64,000 nucleotides of DNA from a virus. The notes beneath the pieces are model-generated. The model had not been told where the DNA came from. It ran no database searches and saw only the letters and a program-made list of their open reading frames with translations. Of this stretch, positions 1 through 9,400 are shown piece by piece. The stretch is taken from positions 1 through 64,000 of the IMG/VR virus record IMGVR_UViG_3300024333_000005; one strand, given 5' to 3'. Both the position numbers and the translations under genes were made by a program. Each line of letters begins with the position of its first letter. Positions within the stretch are counted from its first letter, which is position 1.

Positions 1-2769
1 TGCCGCTGTACGGTGGACGTGGAGAAGGGGGCCCAGGTCAAGGCCCCCGGGATGCCGGCCAAGCCGGGGCCTCCGCCTCCGAAGCCGCCGCCCCCGAAGC
101 CGGCCCCTCCGCCCGCTGTACCCCCGAAGCCCCCGGCCGCGGCCAAGCCTCCGCCAGCGCCGAAGCCGGCCCCTCCGCCTCCGAAGCCAACCCCCCCTCC
201 CGGGGCCTTCCCCTGGGCGGAGAGCGAGCTGACGGCCGGCCCCCCGAAGACGAAGGGGGCGCACGAGGGGTACTTCTACCGCGCCCCCGACGGGAGCGAG
301 TGGCTGTTCAAGCCGGTGCCCGAGCAACTGGCGGTCTCGGAGCGGGTGGCTTGCCACGACCTCGCGGTCCGCCTTGGGCTCCCTGGCCCCGACGCCTATG
401 CCGTCCGCCTCCGGGGCAAGCCGGGGGTCGTGCAGCGGTTGTTCCCCGGGGTGAAGGGCGACCTCGAAGGGATGCCCTTCGAGCAGCTCACCGAGAGCGA
501 CACGGACACCATTCTTCGGGAGGCGGCCTACAACTGGCTCATCGGCGAGAACGACGGCCACGCCGGAAACTGGCTGCGGCTCGCGGACGGCCGCCTGGTC
601 GGGATCGACAAGGGGCAGGCGTTCAAGTTCTACAACGCCGACAAGCTGGACTGGGACTACCACCCGAACACTGGCTTCCACGGCGGGCAGTACGACCACC
701 TGCTCCTTCGGGCCTACGCCCAGGGCCAGGGGCCGGCCAGCATTGATCCGGCCCGGCTTCCCCAGCTTGCCGCCTTCCTGGACCGGGTCGAAGCTCTGCC
801 GGACGAGGAGTTCCTGGCCATCCTGCGGCCGATGGCGGTCGGGCTGCACGCCGCCTCGGCCGGCAAGCCCTTGCCCGGGGTCTTCGGGCAGAAGGTCGGG
901 TGGTCGGTCGACCAGTTCCTCGAAGAGGCCCTGCGCCGGAAGAAGGGCCTGCGCCGGGACTTCCTCGGCTACCTGGAGCGGGCACAGAAGGAGCGCAACA
1001 AGGCCCTGGGGGTCCAGGTCCCGGCAGCCGCAACCCGGCGGGCTCGGCAGGCCGCGGCCACCGTCGCCGAACCAGGGGTGGTCACGCCGCTCAACGCCGA
1101 GTGGGTGCGGAAGGCCAAAGCCTCGGGCTGGCGCGGCCGTACCATGTTCCTGGGAGGCCAGGACTGGGAAGACATGCAGGCGGTGGGCTACACCTTGGAG
1201 GACGGCACCTTCATCCTGGAGGGCAAGCTGCGAGAGGATGGCAACAGAAGGCTCGTTGACGCAATCCTCTCCCGCGGGATAGCCGCCTCCACGTCCGAAT
1301 CTGGCGGAGCCCTGACCCCCTCCGAGTTCCGACTCCAGGCGCTTGCGTTTGCAATCGCGAAGCACACGAACCACCACTTCGACCCGGCCAGCCTCGGCTA
1401 CGACCAGAAGATCAACCTGAACCACAAGGCCAACGCCACAGAGGCTTGGCGCCTCATCAGGCAGATGGCGAAGTCGTCCAACCCCGACGAGCGGGCGGCC
1501 GCCAAGCACTACGCCGACTATCTCGGCGGCCTGTTGCACTGGGATGCCGAGGGCAACCCGACTTGGAAGGAGAAGCCCAAGCTGGCGAGCGCCGGACACA
1601 AGCTGGTGTCCTGGGCCGACGCGCCCCAGCGGCACGGGCTGAAGGGCCCACCCACGACCTTCCGCGAGCGGCCGGTCAACACCCCCAGCCGCCGGTTCCG
1701 GCCAGACGGGCCGCCGCAGGCGACCGACGAGCCGCCCCTGGAGTGGGGCGGCAAGATGTACGAGGGGCACCTGGCCCCCGGGGTCCAGCTCCGCTACGTC
1801 CCCTGGTCCTCCCCGGGGGCGTTCGCCGGCCGCATCGAGCTGGTGCTGGACAAGGCGGAAGCGACCCCCGCAGGGATCGAGGCGGCCCTGGTCAAGCTGC
1901 GGGAGCTGGGCGTCGAGTGCCGCCTGGCGGACAAGAAGGACCTCCGGCTCCTGTACCTGCGCAAGACCACCCGGGCCGCGAAGCTGGAGGGCTACGTAGG
2001 CTTCAGCCCCAAGGAGGACCGGCCGGTAGACGAGCAGATCAAGGAACTCCACACCGCCTGGAGCCGGCGGCTGGGGCGGCCGCCCGAGCAGATGCCGGGC
2101 TACCAGGAAGCGCCGACCTGGGACCACGAGGAGTTCGACGGCCGGCCCCGGTGGCTGCGGTTTGACGTATCCGACGAAGACATCGCCGCCTACCAGGAGG
2201 AGGGCTACACCATCGCGCAGAGCATCAACGCCCTCTCTGGCGGCGGCCATTTGGACAACAAGATCGGACAGGGGCACCTGGAAGCCATACTGAGAAGCGA
2301 CTCGCTGCTGTCTTCCTGCGAGCGAATGCGAGTCGGCATCTACAATGCTGTCTCGCGGCAGGGCGAATCGGTGGACCGCGATGTCCCCTCCGGCGGCGCG
2401 GCCTACGTTTTCACCCGGCTGCGAAGGTGGCAAGGCCGCGGAGCCCCGCCCTTCGACCTGGAGTTCGACCTGCGGCTCTGGAGGGACTGCGACGCAATCC
2501 ACTACTCCGGCGATATGTTTGGTCAGACCGTAAGGGGGGCCACTTCGCGGCGGATAAATGGGAACTGGGAGGGGAGCGCGGGGGCCGCCAGGAGTTCGCC
2601 AGATAACGAGCTGGACTTCAAGAGCCGGGTCGGAATGCTGGCCTGGCTGCGGGCTGTTCATGTCCGCTCCAAAGAGAGCCGGGAAGCGGTGCTGGACCTC
2701 TTCCGAAAGCTCGGCATCAAGAGGGTCCGGGGCCGGCCGATAGAAGCGCTGGTGAAGGTCGGGGGCTAG
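1..2769 (+). CDS. 5'-truncated MuF/SPP1-gp7-like minor head protein with C-terminal effector domains (HipA/PI3K-like kinase; probable ART fold)
   Basis: The frame is open from nt 1 and reads CRCTVDVEK; CRC is the conserved end of the MuF HxxCRC motif. A Pro-rich linker (~50-205) follows, then kinase motifs WLFKP (301), DGHAGN (553) and IDKG (604). The C-terminus has ILRSDSLLS...GGAAYVFTR...DNELDF. Confidence 0.65.
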   Translation, partial: CRCTVDVEKGAQVKAPGMPAKPGPPPPKPPPPKPAPPPAVPPKPPAAAKPPPAPKPAPPPPKPTPPPGAFPWAESELTAGPPKTKGAHEGYFYRAPDGSEWLFKPVPEQLAVSERVACHDLAVRLGLPGPDAYAVRLRGKPGVVQRLFPGVKGDLEGMPFEQLTESDTDTILREAAYNWLIGENDGHAGNWLRLADGRLVGIDKGQAFKFYNADKLDWDYHPNTGFHGGQYDHLLLRAYAQGQGPASIDPARLPQLAAFLDRVEALPDEEFLAILRPMAVGLHAASAGKPLPGVFGQKVGWSVDQFLEEALRRKKGLRRDFLGYLERAQKERNKALGVQVPAAATRRARQAAATVAEPGVVTPLNAEWVRKAKASGWRGRTMFLGGQDWEDMQAVGYTLEDGTFILEGKLREDGNRRLVDAILSRGIAASTSESGGALTPSEFRLQALAFAIAKHTNHHFDPASLGYDQKINLNHKANATEAWRLIRQMAKSSNPDERAAAKHYADYLGGLLHWDAEGNPTWKEKPKLASAGHKLVSWADAPQRHGLKGPPTTFRERPVNTPSRRFRPDGPPQATDEPPLEWGGKMYEGHLAPGVQLRYVPWSSPGAFAGRIELVLDKAEATPAGIEAALVKLRELGVECRLADKKDLRLLYLRKTTRAAKLEGYVGFSPKEDRPVDEQIKELHTAWSRRLGRPPEQMPGYQEAPTWDHEEFDGRPRWLRFDVSDEDIAAYQEEGYTIAQSINALSGGGHLDNKIGQGHLEAILRSDSLLSSCERMRVGIYNAVSRQGESVDRDVPSGGAAYVFTRLRRWQGRGAPPFDLEFDLRLWRDCDAIHYSGDMFGQTVRGATSRRINGNWEGSAGAARSSPDNELDFKSRVGMLAWLRAVHVRSKESREAVLDLFRKLGIKRVRGRPIEALVKVGG

Positions 2770-2771
2770 GC

Positions 2772-3167
2772 ATGAACTGGGAGCCAACCATCGTCGCCTA
2801 CCTGCAAGAGATGCGAGGCCAAGCTCTGGTCGAAGTGCTGGACCGTTCGGCGGAGGGGCTGCTGCTCTGGCGGAGCGGCGAGCATCCCTGCGCCGCCTTC
2901 GCGGCGCGGGAAGACTGGTTCGTCTGGTGGTCGCTGGGCTCCGACGGAGAGCACGCGTTGCGAGTGCGGAAGGCCCTCCGGCAGGTCGACGACCTGTACC
3001 TGGATGGGGTGCCCTTCCCTAGCGGTGAAGTCCGCCGGCTCTGCCTCTCCCCGATCTGGCTTCCCGAGCAGCGGGCCGATTTGGCGGCCTGGGAACAGCG
3101 GAGGCCGGGCGACTGGGCCCGGCGTTGCGTACAGGAGTTGCTCGATGCCCGTATTCGTGGCGAGTAG
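2772..3167 (+). CDS. hypothetical protein (candidate immunity protein)
   Basis: 131-aa Trp-rich ORF with its ATG 2 nt after the upstream stop. Confidence 0.55.
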   Translation: MNWEPTIVAYLQEMRGQALVEVLDRSAEGLLLWRSGEHPCAAFAAREDWFVWWSLGSDGEHALRVRKALRQVDDLYLDGVPFPSGEVRRLCLSPIWLPEQRADLAAWEQRRPGDWARRCVQELLDARIRGE

Positions 3168-3489
3168 CCTGGCCCTGTCCGAGATGCCGGGGGGCGGCCC
3201 TCCCTTCCGAGTGGTCGCAGTGCTGGCGGTGGACCCCCGCAACGGGGAGCACGCGGTGGCAACCGAGCTGGGGGCGGACGTGGTCCGGGCCAACATCGAG
3301 ACCCGAGTCATGGATGCCCGGAGAGCCGGCCGATCCCTGACCGACCTGCTCGACTACCTGGCCTCCCAGGGCAACCGCTACTTCCGCTCCTGGGAAACCC
3401 CGGAGAGCGTCCAGGCGCCGACCGTCGAGGCGGCAGCCGACCGGCTTCTCCTGTCCCTCCGCCCCGAGATGGAGGTCCCGCCCCTATGA
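3145..3489 (+). CDS. hypothetical protein (candidate immunity protein)
   Basis: ATG at 3145 with AGGAG 7 nt upstream, in frame with track ORF 3004..3489; its stop overlaps the queD start. Confidence 0.55.
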   Translation: MPVFVASSLALSEMPGGGPPFRVVAVLAVDPRNGEHAVATELGADVVRANIETRVMDARRAGRSLTDLLDYLASQGNRYFRSWETPESVQAPTVEAAADRLLLSLRPEMEVPPL

Positions 3490-3896
3490 GCACCATCGTC
3501 GTCGCCTGCGAACTGGAGTTCGACGCGGCTCATCGACTGCTCGGCCACCCGGGTCGGTGCGCTTCCCTGCACGGGCACCGCTACCGGGTCGAGGTCCGGG
3601 TGGCGGGCGGACCCGGCGAGGATGGCCTGGTGCTCGACTTCTCCGACCTCAAGGGCCGGCTGCGTGGCCTGCTCGACCCTTGGGACCATGCCACCCTGCT
3701 CCAGGAGGGCGACCCCCTGCTCCCGGTCCTGCGAGCTGACCCAACCTGCCGGGTGGTCGCCTGCCCCTGGCCCCCGACTGCGGAGCGGATGGCCGAGGCT
3801 GTCCACGGGAGCCTTGCCCGCTCCCTGCCGCCGGACCTGGCCGTCGCCGCGGTGACGGTCTGGGAGACCCCGACCAGCTCTGCCACCGCGGCATGA
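3486..3896 (+). CDS. queD: 6-carboxytetrahydropterin synthase
   Basis: Motifs FDAAHRL, CASLHGHRY, DH, PTAE and WETP. Confidence 0.95.
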   Translation: MSTIVVACELEFDAAHRLLGHPGRCASLHGHRYRVEVRVAGGPGEDGLVLDFSDLKGRLRGLLDPWDHATLLQEGDPLLPVLRADPTCRVVACPWPPTAERMAEAVHGSLARSLPPDLAVAAVTVWETPTSSATAA

Positions 3897-4561
3897 GCCG
3901 GGGCTACGCCGTCCACGAGGTCTTCGCCTCGCTCCAGGGCGAAGGTCTGCACACCGGCCGCCCCGCCCTGTTCGTCCGCTTCGCCGGCTGCAACCTGTGG
4001 TCCGGCCGGGAGCAGGACCGGGCCCGGGATGCCGAGCGCCATGAGGCGGCCTGCCCAGCCTGGTGCGACACCACCTTCCGGGGGCCGCCTGGCCGCCACG
4101 GTGGCCAGCTCTCTCTGGCCGCCCTGCTCCGGGCCTGCGAGCAGGAGGCCGACGGTGTCGCCTTCGTGGTCCTGACCGGCGGCGAGCCGCTGCTCCAGGC
4201 GGACGCCGAGCTGATCGGGGCCCTGCGCCGGCGGCTGGCGCTCCCCGTCCACGTCGAGACCAATGGGACCCTGCCCCTGCCCCCGGGGGCGAACCCGGAC
4301 TGGATCGCCCTCTCGCCGAAGACGCCGCCGGACCGGCTGGCCCTGCGGGTCTGCGACGAGCTGAAGGTGGTCTACCCCTCGCCGGTTCCCCCGGTGGCCT
4401 ATGCCCAGGCGCTCCGGGTCCTGGCCCGGGATGCCCTGCTCGTGCAGCCGCGGGCGGGACCCGACTTGCCGGCGGCCGTCGGGGCGTGCATCCTGTACGT
4501 CCGGGAGCACCCCGGCTGGCGGCTCGGGGTGCAGGCGCACAAGGTCCTCGGCTTGCCGTGA
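3893..4561 (+). CDS. queE: 7-carboxy-7-deazaguanine synthase (radical SAM)
   Basis: Motifs SLQGEG, VRFAGCNLWSGRE...C...CDT, TGGEPLLQ, ETNG, SPK and QAHK. Confidence 0.95.
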   Translation: MSRGYAVHEVFASLQGEGLHTGRPALFVRFAGCNLWSGREQDRARDAERHEAACPAWCDTTFRGPPGRHGGQLSLAALLRACEQEADGVAFVVLTGGEPLLQADAELIGALRRRLALPVHVETNGTLPLPPGANPDWIALSPKTPPDRLALRVCDELKVVYPSPVPPVAYAQALRVLARDALLVQPRAGPDLPAAVGACILYVREHPGWRLGVQAHKVLGLP

Positions 4562-5220
4562 CCCCCTTCGACCTCGACCGAGTCCGCTCCCACCTGGAGC
4601 GGGCCACCGCGGCTCTGGCCGTCCCCGGCGACCCCGAGCAGGCGCGGGTGGCTCTGTGGCAGGAGGCAGTAGCCCTCCAGCTCGCGCTGATGGGGGAGGA
4701 CCCGGGGCGGGAGGGCCTGCGGGACACCCCCGCCCGGGTGGTCCGCTACTGGCAGGAGGCCCTATCGGGCTACGCCGTCGACCCTGCCGCCATCCTGGCC
4801 CGGTCCTTCGAGGAGACCGAGGGCTACGACGAGCTGGTGCTGGTGCGGGACATCGCCTTCGACTCGACCTGCGAGCACCACCTGCTCCCGTTCCGCGGCA
4901 CGGCGGCGGTCGGGTACGTCCCCTCCCAGATGCCCCAGGGCCGGGTGCTCGGGCTGTCGAAGCTGGTCCGCCTGGTCCGCTGCTACTCCGCCCGGCTTCA
5001 GCTCCAAGAGCGCATGACCCGCCAGATCGCGGCCGCCCTCTGGGAGCACCTGCGCCCGCTGGGCGTCGGGGTGGTGATCCGGGCGGCGCACGGGTGCATG
5101 GAGTGCCGGGGAGTGCGGGCGAACGGGGCCAACGCGGTGACCTCGGCCATGATGGGGGTCTTCCGCCAGGACCCGTCTGCCCGGGCCGAGCTGCTCGCCC
5201 TCTGCGGGGCGGCCCCGTGA
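4558..5220 (+). CDS. folE: GTP cyclohydrolase I
   Basis: GTG start overlaps the queE stop; motifs REGLRDTPARV, CEHHLLPF, GLSKL, QER and HGCMECRG. Confidence 0.95.
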   Translation: MTPFDLDRVRSHLERATAALAVPGDPEQARVALWQEAVALQLALMGEDPGREGLRDTPARVVRYWQEALSGYAVDPAAILARSFEETEGYDELVLVRDIAFDSTCEHHLLPFRGTAAVGYVPSQMPQGRVLGLSKLVRLVRCYSARLQLQERMTRQIAAALWEHLRPLGVGVVIRAAHGCMECRGVRANGANAVTSAMMGVFRQDPSARAELLALCGAAP

Positions 5221-5717
5221 CCTGGTTCTGGGCCGGCCTCTACCTGGCTGCGGCGGTGGCCGCGAACCTGGCGGTGGCGGCCTGGGGCCCGGCCGCCACC
5301 CTCCCGGCGGCAGCCCTCTGCATCGGGTGCGACCTCACCGCCCGGGATGCCCTGCACGAGCGCTGGGAAGGGCCGGGCCTGGTCGGGCGCCTGGGCGCCC
5401 TGATTGCCGCGGGGTCTGCGCTGACCTACCTCGCCTCCCCGGCTGCGGGCCGGGTGGCCCTGGCCTCTCTCCTGGCCTTCGCCGTCTCGGCCACGGTGGA
5501 CTCGCTCGCCTACGGCGCTCTGCGCCAGCACATTCCTCTGGTGCGGGTCAACGGGTCCAACCTGGCTTCGGCTCTCGCGGACTCCCTGGTCTTCCCCACG
5601 GTGGCCTTCGGTGCCCTGCTCCCCTGGGTGATCCTCGGGCAGTTCGTCGCCAAGGTGGCGGGCGGCGCCCTCTGGTCGCCCCTGGTAGTGGCCCTGCGCC
5701 GGCGGAGGGCAGCGTGA
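5217..5717 (+). CDS. yhhQ: VUT/YhhQ-family preQ0/preQ1 transporter
   Basis: Multi-TM protein with AN, DLTARD, RVALAS, SN...DSLVF..VAF and GQFVAK motifs, located inside the que cluster. Confidence 0.8.
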   Translation: MTWFWAGLYLAAAVAANLAVAAWGPAATLPAAALCIGCDLTARDALHERWEGPGLVGRLGALIAAGSALTYLASPAAGRVALASLLAFAVSATVDSLAYGALRQHIPLVRVNGSNLASALADSLVFPTVAFGALLPWVILGQFVAKVAGGALWSPLVVALRRRRAA

Positions 5718-6406
5718 CCCCGATGCCGGCAGTGGTGCTGCTCTCCGGCGGGCAGGACTCGACCACCTGCCTGTACTGGGCCCGGGAGCGCTTCTCCCCG
5801 GTCGCGGCTCTGGCGGTCAACTACGGCCAGCGGCACGTGGCCGAGCTGTTGGCGGCCCGGGCGGTGGCCGAGCTGGCCGGCGCCTCCTTCCGCCTCCTGA
5901 CCCTGGAGGCCCTGACGCAACTCGGGGGCTCGGCTCTGCTCCCGGGTGGCGGCGAGCTGCGGGAAGCGGGCGGCCTGGTCGACGCCGAGGCCCCGGCCGG
6001 GCTCCCAACCTCCTACGTCCCCGGCCGCAACCTGCTCCTGCTCGGGCTTGCCGGGGCCTACGCGGCCAGTCTGGGAGTCCGGGACCTGGTGTGTGGGGCG
6101 AGCCAGGCGGACTACTCGGGCTACCCCGACTGCCGGCGCCCGTTCATGGATGCGATGGAAGCGGCCCTGACCCTGGCCCTCCCGACCACCTGCGGCCCCC
6201 TCCGCGTCCACGCTCCCTTGATGAACTGCACGAAGGCCGACACGGTGCGCCTGGCCTGGGCCCTTCCCGGGTGCTGGGAGGCGCTGGCCCTGACCGTGAC
6301 CTGCTACCGGGGCCTGCGGCCGGGCTGCGGCGTCTGCCCGTCCTGCCGGCTGCGGGCCCGGGGCTTCGCCGAGGCCGGTCGGCCCGACCCTGCGGCAGGG
6401 GCCTGA
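5714..6406 (+). CDS. queC: 7-cyano-7-deazaguanine synthase
   Basis: Motifs SGGQDS, YGQRH, VPGRN, YPDC and CY...CGVCPSC..R; the start is either 5714 (GTG) or 5723 (ATG). Confidence 0.95.
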   Translation: MTPMPAVVLLSGGQDSTTCLYWARERFSPVAALAVNYGQRHVAELLAARAVAELAGASFRLLTLEALTQLGGSALLPGGGELREAGGLVDAEAPAGLPTSYVPGRNLLLLGLAGAYAASLGVRDLVCGASQADYSGYPDCRRPFMDAMEAALTLALPTTCGPLRVHAPLMNCTKADTVRLAWALPGCWEALALTVTCYRGLRPGCGVCPSCRLRARGFAEAGRPDPAAGA

Positions 6407-6407
6407 C

Positions 6408-9400
6408 GTGCCCAAGGTCCGCACCACCCTCTTCTACGTCACCCTCCCCTGGGGCACGCCGCTCCTGAAGCGGATGCGCATCGAGAACGTCATGGTCAGC
6501 TTCCGCCACTTCGGGCGGAAGCTGCCAGAGTTCCCCCGGCTCATCGTCGACTCGGGGGCCTACTCGGACGCCAAGCTGCGCAAGGGCGAAGGTGAGGGGA
6601 AGGGCCGGGAGAAGGAGGACCGGAGCGGCAAGGGGTACGCCCGCTACCTCGACGAGTCGCCGGCCGAGCGGAGCGTGGTCTTCCGCGTCATGATGGACAA
6701 GATCGGGGACCAGCCGGCGACCTGCCGCCGCTTCGACCGGCACCTGGCCAAGGGGCACTCCTGCGCCTTCGTCTACTACTCCGACGCCCGGGTGACGCCG
6801 GCGGTGGAGGCGGCCCTCAAGCGCTCCCTGACGGCCGCCGGCGCAGCGTGCTTCGCCGGCATCACCACCGGCTACCTGATCGCCCGCAAGATCGGGATGA
6901 ATGAGGTCTTCCGGGGCCTGGAGCGGTGGTGGGGGGCGGTGGAGAAGGTCCTGGGCAAGGGCCCCCGTCCCCGGACCCACCTGCTCGGTTCCTTCCGCAT
7001 CCCGGTGCTGTCCCGCTTCCCCTTCACCTCGGCCGACATCTCCTCGCACTTCCTGGCCAACCGCTACGGCCGCTTCTGCACCTACCTCCGGGACGAGCGG
7101 GGCCTGCGGGTCTCGGGCATTCCCCACCACCAGGCGAAGAACGTTGAGGGCCGGCTCTCGCCGGCCATGCGTAGGCTCCAGGAGGCCAGCTACGCCTCGG
7201 CCCGCAAGCTGGGGCTCGACCTCGACGTGGAGGACGACCGCTACTGTTGGAACATCCGGGCCTACAAGCTGCTGGAGGCGGCCCTGGCCCGGGGCGACGT
7301 GGAGAAGGCCGATGCCGGGCTCCTGCTCGACACCCCGGGCCTGACCCCCTGGGCGGAGGGGGCGGTGGCGCCTCCTTCCTCGGTGGCCTACGACTTCGGC
7401 TTCTCCCCGGGGGAGCTGGCCGACCTCGGCAAGACCGAGGACGAGCATGACGGAGAGCGGGAGGGAGCCGAGGACCCGGGGGACGAGTGGGCGGCCGACG
7501 ACGAGGCCGAGGACCAGGGCGAGGACTCGGCCGAGGCGACGGCGAAGGACGCCATCACCACCGACGCCCTGGCAACTGGCGGCCGCAAGGCCCCCGAGCA
7601 GGGCGGTCCTCCGCCCCGGCGCCGCCGGCGCCGGCAGGAGGAAGAGGAGAAGGCGGCGCCCCCGACCGGAGTGCTGCCGGCGCTCAAGATGCCGGACCCG
7701 GCCTTTCTGCTCGACCGCCTGGAGGCGGGCGAGTCGGCGGGCATCCTCTCCCGCCGGGCGCAGGCGGAGCGGGTGGGCGAGCCCGAGTTCCTGGTCAACG
7801 AGGTCGCGCCGCTCGGCTTCGACCGGGCCTTCGTCTGGGCGGTGGTAAAGCACGGAGCGGCCGAGGCGGTCGCCGACCTGTCCGCGCTGGACCCGCTGCG
7901 CCGGGCCGGGGTAGACGCTCTCGCCCGCCAGGAGTTCGCCGGGGAGCGGGACTTCTTCTACCTGCCCCTGGAGCTGGTCGAGCGCTACGAGGCGCCCCTG
8001 CCCCTCAAGCGCCCGCCGGCGGGCCGGCGCTTCGGGGCCGAGGTGGACCTGGAGCGGGACGTGGCAAAGGCCGCGGTCCCTTCCCTGCCCCCCGCCGGCG
8101 ACGACCCGCCCGAGGCCGAGGCAGACGACGAGGGCGAAGGTGAGGTTGGCAAGCGGGTCCGCCAGCCGTTCGGAGCGCCAGCCGGCAAGTCGGCGGTGGC
8201 CGGCCGGGTGGCCGCGGGGCTCCCCCGCCACCGGACCTACGTGGAGCCCTTCGCCGGCGGGGCCGCGGTCCTGTTCGCCAAGGCCCCTTCGTCGTCGGTG
8301 CGGGAGGTCCTGGCGGACCTGGACCCCGAGGTCGTCGGCGCCTTCTCCTTTCTCCAGCGGGCGACCTCCCGGGACCTGGACGATCTGCGGGCACGGGACT
8401 GGCGCTCGACCCCCGAACAGCTCCGGCAGGCGGTGGCCCTGCAACCCCGCTCCGACGCCGAGCGCTTCTGGCGGCTCGCGATGCGCCGGTACTCGGGCTG
8501 GCGAGCGGCGAGCGGCGGCTACAACCCCGCCCGGCAAGGGCGGGTCTCGACCTTGCCCGGCCGCCTGGAAGAGGTCCAGCGGCGCCTCGCCGGGGTGGTG
8601 CTGCGGCGCCAGGACTGGCGGGAGACCCTGCGGGAGTTCGACGCCCCCGACTCGTTCTTCTACCTCGACCCGCCCTGGCCCTCCCGCAAGGGGGCAGCGC
8701 CCGAGGGCCTGGAGCCGGCCACTCTGGCGGCCGCTCTGGCGACCCTCAAGGGCACCTTCCTTCTGCACTACGACCCGGCCCACGCCGACGCCTTCCGCCG
8801 GGAGGGGTGGGGGCTGCGGGAGGCCGATGGGCTTCTGGAGGTCACGAACGCCCCGGACCGGGTGGGCAAGGCCGCGGCCGAGCCCACGCCCGGGGAGCTG
8901 GCGGCGGAGTGCCGCGGACTCCTCCGCAAGCTGGCCCAGGACGCCCCAGGACGCACGGAAGCGGTCTGCCGGCTGGGGGAGCCCGGCCCGGACGATCTCG
9001 CGGCCCTGCGGGCCGCTCCGGGCCGCCTGCAAGCCGCGGCCGAGGCGCTGGCCGCGGTGGAGCTGGTGACCCCCGAGCCCTCCCCCGGCCCGGGCGACCC
9101 GGCCGCCCGTCTGGCCGCCCTCCTTCCCCGGCTGTTCCCGGCCCTGGAGGGGGCGGACGAGCTGCACAAGGCCCTGGAGGGTGGGCATGAGGCGGCCGCC
9201 CTGCTCGCCCGCCTGGGCGGGTTCTCCGGCACTGGCGACGGTGGTAGCGCCAGGCTTTGCCCCGCGTGCCTCGCTGCCCCTGCCCCGGAGGCTACCTGCC
9301 GGGTGGTGAAGGTGCTGATCGCCGGGGTGGGCTCCGTGCCTCCCGAACGGCTCGACGCCGAGAGGCTGCGGGACCTCTCCGATGGCCAGCTCCGGGAGGC

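Noticed and set aside
3486-6406. Host chromosomal queuosine operon
   Set aside because: It is embedded between phage head genes, lacks queA/queF/queG, and is coupled to a DpdA-like domain.
6583-8145. 15-bp exact repeat AGGGCGAAGGTGAGG at 6583 and 8131
   Set aside because: Both copies encode low-complexity GEGE linker, and only two copies were seen, so a function cannot be supported.
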